Below are positions 13,630-25,366 of a DNA stretch of 64,000 nt, piece after piece (position 1 is the stretch's first letter; every line of letters starts with the position of its first letter). The stretch lies in the NCBI RefSeq assembly GCF_037042905.1, contig NC_087251.1:27344001-27408000 (forward strand), written 5' to 3'. The notes below the pieces were generated by a model that saw only the letters and a program-made list of their open reading frames with translations, was not told the origin of the DNA and searched no databases. Source of the stretch: Lytechinus pictus (lineage: Eukaryota). The translations under genes and the position numbers were made by a program.

Positions 13630-14530
13630 TTACCAGACTCTGGGATTTATTTCCTGTGTAATTCGAATTATTTTATCACAGAATTGTGATATCTGTAGGG
13701 GAAACATGTGCATTCGAAATGACACACGGGGGTAGTCATAATGAACCCCTATACATGCAACTTTTTCCCGACCGTTGCGTTGATTTTTTTTTCCATACCT
13801 GGTACCATGTGTATGGAAATACGTGGTACAGAAAAAATAACGCAACTTCGGAATTTGAAACTACGCTACTCGCTACTTTTAAGGCTTATTCGTGATTTTG
13901 AGTGTGGATTTTGGATGATTTTTAAATGGTAAGCGGAGCTCGAGCATATGGCACTAGTGGGCCGTTGAGTTGTTATCACTCGGCAATAATTTCGGGGGCG
14001 ACATTCAGATTTTATGTCGCCCCCAAAAGCATGATTTTGGGTGATTTCGAGGGTGACTTTAGGCATTTTCGCGCAGGTCAGCTATCGCGAGGCGCGCTAC
14101 CAAAAATGGATTAAGGCGCGCATGTAGCGCGCGATCGCTCTCGCGCGCCTTAAAATCGAGTCCCTGATTTTGACACCAATTTCTAGTTTCCTAGCCGAAT
14201 GCTTGGGCAATAAAATATTATTTTTGTCAATGATAAAGCTATAGTGGGTAGTCATCTGAAGAACTAATAACCAACACAAAAAATTGATTATGGGTTTATT
14301 ATAGGTGAAAATTTTGTGTGTTGTACGGGACGCAGAAATGTCCCGTACGACACGCAACATTTTAAGCTCTAATTCACCTATGGACAACATATTTTGTTTG
14401 GACAGCAGGTTGAAAAATGTTGTGAAAATGGCTGATTTTTCTAGCTTGGAATCGCCCAAATATGTTTCTAGCGATACCCCCTTTGTCTGTCGTCAGAGAG
14501 GCCTCTCTGAAAAACCTACTTCATAAAAAA
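13630..14530. mobile_element. CpG-rich segment, probably the interior of a non-autonomous DNA transposon; ends not resolved
   Basis: Abrupt CpG enrichment and palindromes (aggcgcgc...gcgcgcct, tttcgggggcgaca...tgtcgcccccaaaa, tgtgttgtacgggac...gtcccgtacgacacgca). No credible protein. Confidence 0.4.
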
Positions 14531-15581
14531 TGCTCTCACACTCATTGGTTAATGATGTCTGATAGACAGAGATGACTGATGTCGACACAAAGATTGCCCT
14601 AATACAGCCACTGTAGACCACAGTAGACCAAAAAATAACTGCTATTTTATTTCTCTCGAAATGGTTGCTTGGCGGTCTAGTAGAATGTCTTCACCATTGT
14701 GGAGACAGTATAAGTGCTAGACTGTAATACAGCTGAGTACCGTCAATCAACCAACATTGAATAATGTTAGCCATTGCTCCAGAATGAGAGCACTTAAACT
14801 TGATCTACTTGGTTGGGAGGATGATTAAGAATTTAAAAAAGTGATGAATACCAAAATGACACATGTTACCATGGCTGACAAGAGAAACGATGTATTGTGG
14901 TATGGTGAAGTTGATCAATGATCCTTTTATGAAATGAGGCATACTGTCCTTGAAAATAAAGCCTGCTACCACATCCATTTTGGCTGACATTTTAGAATAT
15001 AAGTAATGCTTTGCTAAATTTTTGCTAATGATCGCCCAAGTGTTATGATTCTGGTAAGCAATGTGTAATCAGTAATGATCAAAATATGCATAGCATTCTG
15101 TCGTAATAGATGGCACACTGAACACCATGCATATTTTTCTAATTATTCAAGCAAGCTTTCACAGCGCCTTTATGGATGACAATGTATTCATTTTAACTAG
15201 GAGATATTATACATCAATATTGTGAGTGGATGTCAATGGCATTATTGATCTTTATCTGCTGTCCTACCAGTTCTTAAGTGTGTTATATGAGGCATTCATG
15301 TCTGAAGGTTACTAATATTATGTACATGGAAAATTACATGCTCTAAATTCAGACAATGGTGATTCTAATTACACATTCTTTAGCGCCATAGTGACATAAA
15401 CTTGCATTTTTTAATGTGATGCTGCTATATGACTGATTGTAAGTATTTGTTTGTTAGAGTTTTATCTAAGTCTGTCTACTCTTTTTTTAACAGCAATGAT
15501 ACTGAAACTCCTTTACCAACAGACCCTGTACATGTACATGTATAACATACATGTAATGTGTTATTATTACCCTTCTCCAAT

Positions 15582-15673
15582 CTTAATGCTGAATGCTTAA
15601 TAGCAAGAAGGCAGAAGGTCTTGTTTTTGTAAGTCATTGATATGAATCAGCTGGGGATCAAACCAACGACCTT
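15582..15673 (-). mobile_element. tRNA-derived SINE fragment (MetaSINE-like core)
   Basis: Minus strand has a degenerate B-box (ggtttgatccc) followed by gacttacaaaaa...ctgccttcttgct...cagcattaag, which resembles the Meta domain as I recall it. Confidence 0.5.
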
Positions 15674-16601
15674 CTCATCTTTCTTAAAAATCTTATGGAT
15701 TAAAGAAAGAGGAAGAAACCAATTGTATCAATAAATGCTAATGAAAAACATACATGATAATTTATCCACTGATATATCTATTTTATTTATCTTGGGGAAT
15801 TTTACACTTTGTTACCATAATATGCTTTTCATACTTTCTTGATCATAAACCACTTTAAGATTGTTTTTGTTAGTTTTATTTGTTTTTGTTTATCTTATAT
15901 TTTTTATCTGCTCTATGAAACACAACATATAATTTTATTGGATTCCTTCGAGGTTGCTGATAGATCTGCTTACATCACAACCATAACCTTGGGTATATTT
16001 TTTTTTCTTCAAAATGTTCACATTATTTATAATCAGAGTGCATGTATATATACATTGAAGGAATGTTGTATAATTAATATTAAACACAATACGAATTGAT
16101 GCAACCTCCATACGCATACTTAGTTGGAGTTAACTCTAATTGGGATAAAATTCAGCTCTTACTCTATGCAGGCCTCACATTGCATCGATTTAACAGCAAT
16201 CAAGTTATTAAGAAGTAGTTTGTCCACAGAGCTAATTAGCAGTAATTCTTGAATAGCAATTAGCAGGGTATAAAAGCCTGTATACCCTAGGGGATGATCA
16301 GAGCTTAGGAACTGACCTGTTTGATATGATGCTGTGCTCTGAGCCACATCGACCACACTGAGAAGCTTTATGTTTTGATAGACACAGATGGTTATAAAGA
16401 TGTCAATAATACCGTAGAGAAGAAATTCATGGGTCAATGAATGGTTCCATCTGCAGATGGCATCCATGTCGGCTTGTCTCCAGCAGCCAACAGCCAAAAT
16501 TTTCCAATAGTTCAGATCCAGCGAATTTGCCAAATTATCCTGATCAGAATCATGTCCAGATTACAATCCTGTCAGTATTCACTGATGATAGTTTACACTT
16601 G

Positions 16602-16901
16602 TTTTTATGCCCCCGTAGACAAAGTCCAGAGGGGGCATTAAGCGTTGCCCCTGTCCGTCCGTCCGTTCGTCCCCCCACTTGGTTTCCGTGCAATAACTCG
16701 AAAAATATTTAATGGATTAAAAAAAAAATTTGGTGTGTAGGTAGATGACACCAAAGTACAGGCTATGGCCAAATTCGTAGTCTGCAGGTCAAAGGTCAAA
16801 GCTCAGCTCATATATGTGAGTTGGTTCAATGATATTGAATGAGTTTCTGATCGCGTTAAGCGGGGGCATCTTAGTCCTTTGGACACGTCAAATTTCTAGT
16901 T
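16602..16901 (+). mobile_element. Short HINE/DINE-1-like element of a second family
   Basis: TTTTT start, subterminal IR atgcccccg / cgggggcat (16861), internal inverted copy gggggcat, (GTCC)n microsatellite, 3' hairpin gtcctttggac, ends ctagtt. Confidence 0.85.
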
Positions 16902-18084
16902 ACATTCTTTGACCAGAATAAAAGAAATGGATAAAATTTCAAGATTAGGCTGATAAGCCATTTTTGGCTGATGGAGAACCACTTGTGTTCAAGATCGCTT
17001 TTCTCAGAATTTGAACAAACTTGGTCATTTGTGGTATGCCCTCAATTTCCATTCTTTTCTCTGACAGGAAATAGTGTAAGGTTGATGAATGTTTCCCTGA
17101 TATATTTGATAGTAGAACCCATACAGACGGTTTCATAATTTGTTTTCGAAAGTAACAAATAACTTTATAACATCTGAAATATAACAAGCCAGATCATCTC
17201 TGCAAGCTTTTTTATTCAATGTCTCATCTACCCTTGTGATTATTCATCATAAGTAAAATTAGTTTTTGAGTACAGTACCTTTTGACACTTAATTTAAACA
17301 TTAGGGTGATTCCCGCTCAAGTTTTGTCTTTTAATATATTTAAAAAACGACCTTTTCTCACTGCAACTACTTTGGCTTTCATTTACTTTCGTCTTGATGA
17401 AACTGATTGACTCTACTGTACAAAGCATTTCCCTTGTGTTTTGAATCATGTGGTGAAGCTTATCTTCATGGCCTGTGAGCATGATTGTGTCATCGTCTTT
17501 GATCAGAGGATTGGGATGAAATCTAATTAACCCATTGACTCCTGGAATTGAGTGATCCCCTTGTGAGACCTATGGAAATGACAGAATCTTGTAGTCAGGT
17601 TGGTAAAGCGACATATGGAGTTCACAAACATGTTTCATGGCAAAACAAAGGTCTAGCATACATGTCTAGTTTCACTTCCATGAAACATTTTCAACATTTT
17701 ATTTTTTTTTGTAAATAAATTGTTGTGAATTGCTGCTAAAGTGTCATGCATTTTTACTTTTGGTTACATTCGCAATGTGATCGACAGTACGAAATGTGGT
17801 ATTAGTAAAAAAAATACAAAATTTTGAAGTATGTTGGATTGGTACTAGTGTAAATAAACTTGAGAAACTGCGTACACGTACTAGTAAGTTATAATAGAAT
17901 GATTTGATCTAGTATTGGCCGACATTTAATTTTGTCCCTGTTGCAATCCCGGCACCCATAATAAGTCATTCCTTTCCAGTACTCTCATGGTACACCCTGT
18001 TGATATTGTTACTTTGAAATTACATCAATAAAGAAAAAAATGTATCATTGTAATGTAGCAGGTCATGATAATTCCTTCCTACTC

Positions 18085-18302
18085 CAGGTGGGCGTTTCAC
18101 AAAGATTTAAGTATGACTTAGAGTCGCACTTAAATACCAAGTTGCGTACGGTATGAAAGGCTTGACCGCATTGGTCAGATCGTGTCATGAGGAAGCGCAC
18201 TACTGAGTGTCTATCAATAAGATCGCGCGTTCCATATCATGTACGCGTAGGCATTTAAGTGCGACTAAAGTCATGCTTAAATCTTTGTGAAACACCCCCC
18301 TG
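18085..18302. mobile_element. MITE, probably PIF/Harbinger-like
   Basis: About 54-bp terminal inverted repeats (gtttcacaaagatttaagtatgact...gtcgcacttaaat and its reverse complement), CWG flanks. Confidence 0.85.
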
Positions 18303-18411
18303 CTGACAGGTTTTCCAAAGTTTGGTCATTTAATTGTTGTCTTCTGATATAATTTGATGCATAGTTAGTGATCAAGTGGAGCATGTAGGGTATTAGCATC
18401 AGCCTGGCTAG

Positions 18412-18860
18412 CTCATGAATCCATTAATACATGAATGTTCGGATCCTCTTTTGAGCTATCTGTGTTAGATATGAATATACTTTGGACTTATATTTAAATC
18501 CTGAAGATTTATTTGTAAATTTAAAGTTACTTGAATTCAATTTTAAAAGTGTAAATCTAACTCATGAATCCATAAATGCATTAATGTTTTGATACTCTTG
18601 AGCTATCTGCATTCCATATGAATACACGCTGGATTTAGATTTAAATCCTAAAGATTTTTACTTGTAAATAAAAAATGATCTATTTTCAAAATATTTAAGA
18701 CTTAAAATCCAAATCATGAATCCATAAATACATGAATGGCCGATCTCCTTTTGAACTGTCTGTGTTAGATATGAATATACTCTGGATTTAGATTTAGATC
18801 CTGAAAATTCTTTTTCAAATCTAAAATGATTTGAATTTGAGTCTTTGAAATTCAAATTCA
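18412..18860. repeat. Three diverged tandem copies of a ~150-bp unit
   Basis: tcatgaatccat...atatgaatatac...aaatcct recurs near 18412, 18562 and 18714. Confidence 0.8.
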
Positions 18861-19086
18861 AATCCAGAGTTCAACTTGTCACTATCACAGTCAATCTGGA
18901 ATTATCTTAAAACCCTGCAGCTTAGAGTGTCCATCCATCTTGCAGATGAAGAAAGATTTTTTTCTCTGAGTCTATCTTGTTATGTGATGATTATAGCAGT
19001 ACTCCATCTGTTGGTGAGTGCTTGCCATGCATGCTCCTCCGTACAGCACGTACAGCATCTGTGATTTTGCTGTGAATGTAATACAA

Positions 19087-20380
19087 TTTTTGTCTCGCCT
19101 GCATAGCAGAGCGAGACTATATGTCAACATCAAATCTTAACCTAAGGTTAAGTAGAAAGTATATGGACCTAGTTCATGAAACTTGGACATAAGGTTAATC
19201 AAGTATTACTGAACATCCTGCCTGAGTTTCAGGTCACATGACCAAGGTCAAAGGTCATTTAGGGTCAATGAACTTAGACCATGTTGGGAAAATTATTTTC
19301 AAAATCTTAACCGAAGGTTAAGTTTTTGAAATGACATCATAACTTAGAAAGTGTATGGACCTAGTTTATGAAACTTAAGCATAAGGTTAATCAAGTATTA
19401 GTGAACATCCTGCTCGAGTTTCAGGTCACGTGACCAAGGTCAAAGGTCATTTAGGGTCAATGAACTTTGGTCAAGTTGGGGGTATTTGTTGAATTACTAT
19501 CATAACTTTGAAAATTTATGGATCTAGTCCATGAAACTTGGACATAAGGTTAATCAAGTATTAGTTAACATCCTGCCTGAGTTTCAGGTCACATGACCAA
19601 GGTCAAAGGTCATTTAGGGTCAATGAACTTTGGCCAAGTTGGGGGTATTTGTTGAATTACCATCATAACTTTGAAAATTTATGGATTTAGTTCATGAAAC
19701 TTGGACATTAGGTTAATCAAGTACCACTGAATATCCTGTGCGAGTTTCAGGTCACATGACCATGGTCAATGGTCATTTAAGGTCAATGAACTTTGGCCAT
19801 GTTGGGGGTATATGTTAAATTACCATCCTAACTCTGAAAGTTTATGGATCTAGTTCATAAAACTTGGACATAAGAGTAATCAAGTATCACTGAACATCCT
19901 GTATGAGTTTCAGGTCACATGACTTTGGTCAAAGGTCATTAAAGGTCAATGAACTTTGGCCGTGTTGGGGGTATTTGTTGAATTACCATTCTAACTCTGA
20001 AAGTTTATGGATCTAGTTCATAAAACTTGGGATATAAGAGTAATCAAGCATCACTGAACATCCCCTGTGAGTTTCAGGTCACAAAACCAAGTCAAAGGTC
20101 AGTTAAGGTCAATAAACTTAGGCCATGTTAGGGTAATTGTTGAAGCGCCATCATAACTTTGAAAGTTTATGGATAGATTGAATGAAATGTTGACATGGGT
20201 GTAGTTGACAGTCTTAAGTCTCTGTTCAATTGTCATTTATGGTCAATGAACGTGGTATTATGTCATTATATGAATGATGTTTTTGTGAATGATTATTTTA
20301 TAGTAGTTTTCAAAGTTAGCACTGCTGCTATATTAAATTGCGTAATGCAGGCGAGACTGCCAGAGGCGTTCCACTTGTTT
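19087..20380 (+). mobile_element. HINE-like element, subfamily B, about 7 units, microsatellite deleted
   Basis: Subterminal IR gtctcgcctgcat (19092) / atgcaggcgagac (20345). Same tandem core; closely similar to 54158-55341. Confidence 0.88.
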
Positions 20381-20905
20381 TTCTACACATTACTTGTGAC
20401 ATGTAAGCTATGTGACTGATATTACTTCTTTAAATAAATGGAAATGATTGAAAACATTGACTATTGGAGGAGTGAATTTGGGGTGAGATTCTTTACTTTA
20501 CTCTTTCTTGGAGTGACAGTAAAGATGACTCTTAAAGATTAAATCTGTATCTCCCTCTGTGACAACCATCTAAATGATGAGCTAGTTCATTGCCTTGTAA
20601 ATGAATAAGAATGAATCGCACCCAGGAAATGTACGTCATCAATAAGTATACGAATCTAAAGAACTTTTTATGCAACAAATTTTCTTGCATGTGGATTAGT
20701 TCACAGACCACCCGGCCATAACTCCTGTCGTTTTGTTTATCTTTATACTTACACTCATTTCCCATATAAAGACTATTGTAGGTAATAGCTTAACATAAAT
20801 TTATTCAGACCTTGCATACAGTATTGGAAAAAACAAAATCCTTGACCTGATCATCCAGAATTTACCCCAGTCATAAGGATCAATACAGCTTCTGTAAATC
20901 ATCAG

Positions 20906-21060
20906 GGTTCCATAACACAAAGGTTAGCGATTGATCGCTAATTTCAAAGGACAATTCTGATTGGTTCATAGTCAGAATACTTAACAAATGCGCATGCAAC
21001 AATGATCTTGATTGGTCATTTTATTTAGCGATTAATCGCTAACCTTTGTGTTACGGTGCC
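20906..21060. mobile_element. MITE, PIF/Harbinger-like, CAG target duplication
   Basis: TIR taacacaaaggttagcgattgatcgctaa / ttagcgattaatcgctaacctttgtgtta; cag on both sides. Confidence 0.85.
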
Positions 21061-23067
21061 CAGGTTGTGTATTTTGTTGTATACTTGTGCCTTGAACATT
21101 TAATTGTACAAGACTAGGTATAATTGCAAGAGGTCAAATTTTACCTTTGCATCGATTAAAGTGAGATTATATGAGACCAAGATCCTACAGGTAGGAGTAT
21201 GAAGATAAGATTATAATAGAGGATGGGGTATTTGACATGTATAACTAATGGGTACTTTACTCCTGTAAGCATTCATAAGTTGTAAAATTTCCCTCTTAAG
21301 TTATGTCTGACTAAAAAAAATAGGTGGAAGTTTTTTTCATTTTCATTTGAGAATTTCATGCTTTGAAATTAAGAAGTAAAGAAAAAAGTGAGGAAAAATT
21401 GGAAAAAACATGGCAATTTAATAAAATCGAATACTCTGTAGGCAAGGTACTGATCATATTTGGCTTCAGCTCAAACCAATCTACTTTAATCTGGGGATTA
21501 TAAAACAATTACCTTATTTTGTATATAAAATGTTTTTGAGAAGTATCGCAAGGGAGGATAAGATGCTGAATGAGAAAAGGAAAATTTAGGACATAAGTAA
21601 TCAAATTGATTCTTAAAAATTGTAGGTATTACAAACTGAAACTTTAGTATGTATGTCTTGTGTGTGTGTGCTCAGGAGCTGTTAAAGTTTGTATAATATG
21701 TTCTGTTGAAAATAAAAGGTGCGGGGATAGAATAGAATCAGGAAATCTACAAATTTTGTTAAATGGGCCCTTTGAGGTGAAAAGGGCATAGACATTAAAT
21801 AAAATAAAGAATAATAAACTATATTTCCTAATAATAGGGAAGACATTCAACTTTAAAATACAGTTGTCACAGAGGATATGGTAATTGCCCACAAGTCATA
21901 GATCTCTCCTTCTTACACCTTGAACCATGAGCCAATTCTTAGGGCAAGTGGTTCGTAAATCTCCAGTCACTATCAAGTCTAAAGCTTGTCTTCCTGAAGT
22001 ATGGCTTAAAGATGCTTGTGTCATTTAGCAGGCAGTTGGGTACACCCTCAAAGATGTATTGTTGTACGGTCTCCTTAATGAGGAGACAGGAGGATAAAGA
22101 TGTTACCTCAAGGAACCGAATGACGACAGTCGCTCGGCACTCCAAATCTCTGTTGCCATGGCTGCATGGCTAAGATCTTCCCTCATCAGTTCCTAAATCT
22201 CAAGACTTTTTTTCCTTCTTCCCCCTCTTTGTGGGCTTGAAGTTTCTTCGTAGCCTGGATGTAGGAAGGTAACCGTTTTTTCTATGTCTGCTCCTCTGCG
22301 TCACACCCTCTCGAGTGGCGATCAAAGAAAGGGTAGTTTACTTCAAGAGGACGAAGCTCTCTCTAGTCATTACCTTTTGATTTACTGTCATGTTCTGCTG
22401 CCTCTTATATTCAGCTTCCTATCAGGGGCTACATAGATGGAAATCAAGCTAGTTCCGTTTCCTGCATAATATGAGTGGTCTAAAAAAAAAGAACTAGAAC
22501 ATATCTCTTGGGGGGAGGTTGAGGGTGGATTTGCTTTAATAGCTTAGAAAAAGGTGCCACTACATTATAGTAGTTTTTTAATTATCTATAAGACCTTATT
22601 AAAAAAAACACTCACAAACACTTAACTGAATAAGCGATTAAAGTTTTGTAATGCTAAATGTTTATTTCTACTTCTGTTTTAGGTATGATTTGGAAGAAAT
22701 ATTCATTGTTTCCATTATTCTCTCATGGTGTAATTATATCCTTCTAGATTGTTTTCTGAATGAATAAGCAATTAAGTCTTTTTCAAGCATTAAATGTCCA
22801 ACTTCTTTTTTTTGAGGTGTGATGATCAGGATGAAAAATTCAGTGTTTCCAGTACTCTCTCATGGTGTAATTATATTATTCTAGTTTTCTGTTAATGCAT
22901 TTCATGTTTGATATTTTTGTATCATTGCATTTTGAGCTAATGGGCAGGTGTAATAATAATATAGGCTTTGGAATTAATCATTTCTAGATAGATGGTGCTT
23001 TAGGAATCCCAATTGTAATTATCATTATCATTCTCTTTTTTAATTTATTTGAAAAATTATCTACTAA

Positions 23068-23753
23068 AGGCCCCCTCACACCTAGCCAGATTGCCTGAAA
23101 TATGCCTTGCGATGGCTGGCAAAAGGCATTAAAAAAAAAATTGTTTTCAATGGTAACTAATGGTAAATCATATTTACCCTTCGTGTTTGGGTTCGTTCAT
23201 CTTCTGAAGTAACAGCTGCGATTATTCAAATTCGCGCGGAAATTTTGAACATGTTTAAAATTTCCCGACGAATTTAAAAATCGTTGGTCATCTGTTTGAA
23301 TTCGCTTCTCTTATTTAGTCTCCGGTAATCGTTCGTTTATTGTTCGTGTGTTTTTGTCGCGCATAGTCCCTCTGCACTTTTGCCAAAGTGGACCGATCTC
23401 GAAGCAACACGATGACACAACGAACAAGATTGCCTGATCTATTCCCTCGTCTTCGTTTCTAATCGCACGCCATATCAAACCATTGCTCACTGTTCCTTCG
23501 TCTTATTGTGTTATATCAACCCTTCGCTCGCCTTCGGCAGCAATTTTCTCAAAGAGATGAACTGACAAATCGATATCCTTTGCATGTCATATTTATCCTT
23601 CGCTTACCGTTCGTTGATAAAATTTGAAAATAGTTACTGATCGCATAATTTGACGGAAATTTTATTTGAATTCGTTGAATTCGCGTGTATTTCGTTCATT
23701 TTCCCATTCGTCACCCTTCGTCTGCCTACATTTGGTCAGGTGTGAGTGGGCTT
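23068..23753. mobile_element. Non-autonomous Harbinger-like DNA transposon
   Basis: TIR aggccccctcacacc / ggtgtgagtgggctt, TWA flanks, CpG-rich interior with many ttcg motifs. Confidence 0.7.
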
Positions 23754-24146
23754 TTAAGAATCATCCTTGATGGAAAAAAACCCACCTTAAATGCTCACAT
23801 TCTGTAACTATTGTGTGTCTGAGTTTTGGTTTTTGTGATTGTGATTATAGCTCAAGAAAATTGATTGAATGCACACAATAAGTAGTTTCAGGCACCGACC
23901 CAGATTGAAACTTTTATCAAGAAGTGGGTCTTTACACAAGACTGACACAAAGAAAACTTTCTCATTCAATTTCAAAAGAGGGACCACCTGTACACAAGTC
24001 ATTGGCACAGACTTTAGGCTGAATATTCAGACCACATTGCTCGATTGAAGGGATTGCTCAGCAAACTACCCTGCAACAAGCATTTCCATGGGATTTTCCT
24101 TGAACTAAGACTATTGTTGGCTCAGAAAAATGGAGCCCAGTGTCTA

Positions 24147-25366
24147 CCGTAAGTAACAGTGTATTAACCGCACCCGTGTATTAACCGCACCCCCCATTTT
24201 CGGATGGAAAAAAAAAAAAAAATCATTTAAAAAAAAATTTAATCAAACTTACTTTCTATCTCTAATATAGCGTATTTAAGAAAGAGTCAAGAACCAAAAA
24301 ATATCGATGAATTACTGGTAAAAAATTATGGGAAATCAGCGCTTCGTCACTTATCTGCAAGTTGCCGATATTATTGGCCACTTCCACACTCCGAGTCACC
24401 TCACACACACACATATGGTACCGGTGTTCATTGCAAGTACCGATACCAGCATCAACATGGGGGCTCACCCATACGAGAAGATCGTCCATATCATATTTCC
24501 TGCATCACAGCCCCACTTTTGCTTTCAGAATTCTGTCTAGCATTCAATGTCTTGACATGAGTTTTAGACAAGGGAATACGGGAAGGTTCAAGATACGAGA
24601 AATTTGCGATTTTGTTCAGATGTTTTTCTTGTCTGCTTTGAACCACTACCGGTAGTTCTCAGTACGTGTGTGGCGGTATCTTACAGACAGCAAAATAGGA
24701 AAAAAAATGCTAGTACCGGTATACTGTATTTTCAATGGGAGCTCTGGGCGGGAATAAAGTGAATAATAATTAAAAATAAAAAGTCGGAAGGAGTGAAGAT
24801 GGGGATTGAAGATTGATTTTGAGATGATGGATGATAGAGAGAAATGAAGGAAAGGCAAATGAAAGAAATTAATTGTCATATAATACCAATAATTTGTCAA
24901 ACAAAATAACTTCCACGGAAAGGTAAAGCGCCAGCTTACGTTGACGTTGCGATAAACATTACACATGCATGTCTTATTCGGCTAGCTGCACCGCGCTGTG
25001 CGATCGATTGGCGTCTGAACTTTGCCGCGATGACTAAAAAATGACAACAAAGACAGAGTCACACCATTAAAAAAAGTCAGTTTCATGAAGGTAGGTGCGT
25101 TTGTTACCGTGATATAACTTTGAGGGACATTTACGGCAGATACCGGTAGTCATAGTTGCTTCCCTTTTATACCCGCGGCTCATACCCCTCTAAACGGGAT
25201 TGCCCCAAGCGGCTACGCTCGGCCACCCGACGCGAGTTGAAAACTGGTAGTGGTATCGGGCTGAGATTGGCTTGGCTCAGACCTGTCACCGTGTATAAAC
25301 CGCACCCCCGACTTTTGATTCTGTCCCGCCGAGAAAAAGGTGCGGTTAATACACCGTTACTTACGG
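24147..25366. mobile_element. Non-autonomous Tc1/mariner-pogo-type element with TA target duplication
   Basis: 28-bp TIR ccgtaagtaac(a/g)gtgtattaaccgcacc with one mismatch, repeated subterminal gtgtat(t/a)aaccgcacc motifs, TA on both sides, no recognisable transposase. Confidence 0.88.

Noticed and set aside
18987..19019. MIIAVLHLL followed by a strong TTG|gtgagt phase-0 donor
   Set aside because: Nine codons, no SNAP-25 similarity, lies between repeats. Only junction reads could support it.
20195..20419. Near-identical ORFs at 20195 and 55152
   Set aside because: Both lie in the 3' end of HINE subfamily B copies; the similarity reflects the repeat.
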